NCBI GenBank assembly: GCA_021432655.1
Contig: MU271191.1
Coordinates: forward strand, 124,001 to 188,000
Reading direction: 5' to 3'
DNA from: Atractiella rhizophila
Taxonomy: Eukaryota
DNA: 64,000 nucleotides
The position numbers were made by a program, and so were the translations under genes. Under the pieces are notes generated by a model. The model was not told the DNA's origin. It saw nothing but the letters and a program-made list of their open reading frames with translations, and ran no database searches. This document shows positions 62,214 to 64,000 of the stretch, one piece after another; position 1 is the stretch's first letter, and each line of letters starts with the position of its first letter.

Positions 62214-64000
62214 TCAAAACTTCCTCCCAATCTCCAGCTGCTCATCCGCCTCCTCTTCTTCCAAAACTTCCCTCTTCATACCTTTGAACCTCTCAAAAGG
62301 TCTAACCACACTGTCGAGGGCTGAAAATGGCGCATTGCGTACTACGACTGGCGATATAGCAGACGTCAAACCCGTGTTTGCTCGTTGAGGATCTCTATTG
62401 GTAGGATTTTGACCTTGGGGAGGAAGGGTGAAGGAGCGTAGACCCTTTGATTTGACAAAAGAGTCGGTCCTTTGGGGCTTTATGGAGTCGATGTAGTATT
62501 TGTCGCGAATAGGGAATTGGAGGAGGTTCATCTATGTTCCACAAACCATCAGCTTGAAGAAAGGTTCATGGAGAGATAGGCTGGACCTTTGGTGTGACCA
62601 CGAGGCAAGTTTGACAAGGAATCTCAACCCAATCTCTTTTCTGGAAGGTTAAAGGCTCAGAGGCAATCATAACCTATTCCACTCACAATCAACAACGATG
62701 GACGGACAGAACCCTGCGGAAACATACGATTGTCTCCCTTTTATCGTCCTTCCTCATTCTAAACTCCTTCTCTTGGAACTCCTCAAACTTTGTCCCGGTA
62801 GAGAAAAACTACACAAAGGAACCCAACAAGTAATCGTTTGCTAAAGGTCATATCAAGACCGAAAAGAGCAAAGGCGTACGAGCGAAGCAGCGTCCTGTTC
62901 TTTCGAGCTGATGTACCTAGTCACCACCACGCTCTCACCATCCGTAACACAGAAGTTCAAGAGGTTGGGCTCTCGATGTCCATTCTTGACGGGGACGGAT
63001 TCGCAGAGCTCGTTAATCTGCGCTATGGTCACCAGCATTTTTTCTCTGAGCAATTGATGGGGAAAGGTCGGAGAATCGAGTGGCGCCGCCTGTCGATTCC
63101 CTTTTGATCAGCATGTTGGGCAGGATGGGAAGAGGTGAAAAGTGAACCTTTTTGAGGTTTTCGAGGAAGAGAGCGAAACACCATTCGCTGTCTGTGTTGC
63201 CGTTGACGAAAGAAAAGGTTTCATCTGACAACTTGGCTTGGAGAGAACGTTTTATGGCGGGGAAGTTGGATACGCCGCCTGTAATTGGGGAGCTGATTAA
63301 TAGGTATCGTTTCTCAGAGGATAGGAGGTACGCGCCATTGTGCATCCACAAAAGGGATTGGTAAGTCTAATGAGTCGTGTAAGAGAGGGAAGATGGGCTG
63401 AGACGAGAACTAAGATACCCATGGATGGCCTGCCATTTCTTTAGTTCTCTGAAAGGAGAAAGAAATGAAAACTAACAATTCTCTTCGCTAAGAACGCCAC
63501 TCGTGCTTGCCCTAACGTGCGCACTTCATTCGCAGACTTCTTAGCTAATTAAGCTCCAGAACGCCGAAGAACTGCGTACAAGACGAGGCGCGATTTGAGC
63601 TTTGAACAAAGTTGCTGCAGATTCTTATTTGCTGTGCGTCATACATACACCAGTTAGTCCTTCAACATTACAGTGCCCGAGAGTAATAAAGGACATACAC
63701 CATGCTGGTGTGATGGCCTTGAATATACCTATTTGCTCATCATTTCAGTTCAAACCTCTGCAGCGGAATTGGAAGGGACAAACATGGCTTTGTGTCTCGC
63801 TCAAGCTCCAGCGACTCGCCCACAGATTCAGGATCGTACCAACCGACACCGAAACCGTCAGCATTGATGGGTGGACCCTCTAACACAACAGATTTACGTC
63901 AATTTGCGCACACCGTGAGTGGTGAAGAGGAATACGCACCGAGACGTAGGCGAGAGTCGTAAGCTTGGTTGATGATTGAACTTTCCCAACAAATTAGAAT
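62214..64000 (-). CDS. DUG3: Class II glutamine amidotransferase (Dug3-like), multi-exon; 5' end beyond the window
   Basis: Spliced reading SIINQAYDSRLRL, INADGFGVGWY, FKAITPAWSNKNL, VFAHVRAST...NC, WMHNG, GNTDSEWCFALFL, LLNFCVTDGESVVVTRY, IASEPLTF. Confidence 0.9.

Overview
Intron-rich fungal DNA, probably basidiomycete (short GT-AG introns, Plavaka-type transposase). About 59 kb is a nested transposon cluster. It holds two related Helitrons (one complete, 24940-30854, TC...CTTG, inserted at AT) and three hAT elements (one decayed with a solo LTR in it, one internally deleted, one apparently intact at 37909-42741). It also holds an IS630/Tc1-related element, a pogo/Fot1 element with a 1345-bp inverted duplication of its 3' end, a Ty1/Copia element whose 3' LTR is cut by the intact hAT, a Tigger-like 5' remnant, and a Plavaka transposase head-to-head with a DUF6698-like gene. 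Host-gene debris includes a VAC8 pseudogene, a PUS7 fragment and orphan ORFs, one with CCCH-like fingers. The right end has a USP with no visible Cys box and an apparently intact DUG3 that runs off the window. Best leads: the pogo inverted duplication (possible hairpin-RNA silencer or composite transposon), Pol III/tRNA-like boxes in both Helitron leaders, the two-gene Plavaka unit with a motif-dense bidirectional promoter, and the PUS7/USP junction. All calls are by eye; no searches were run.
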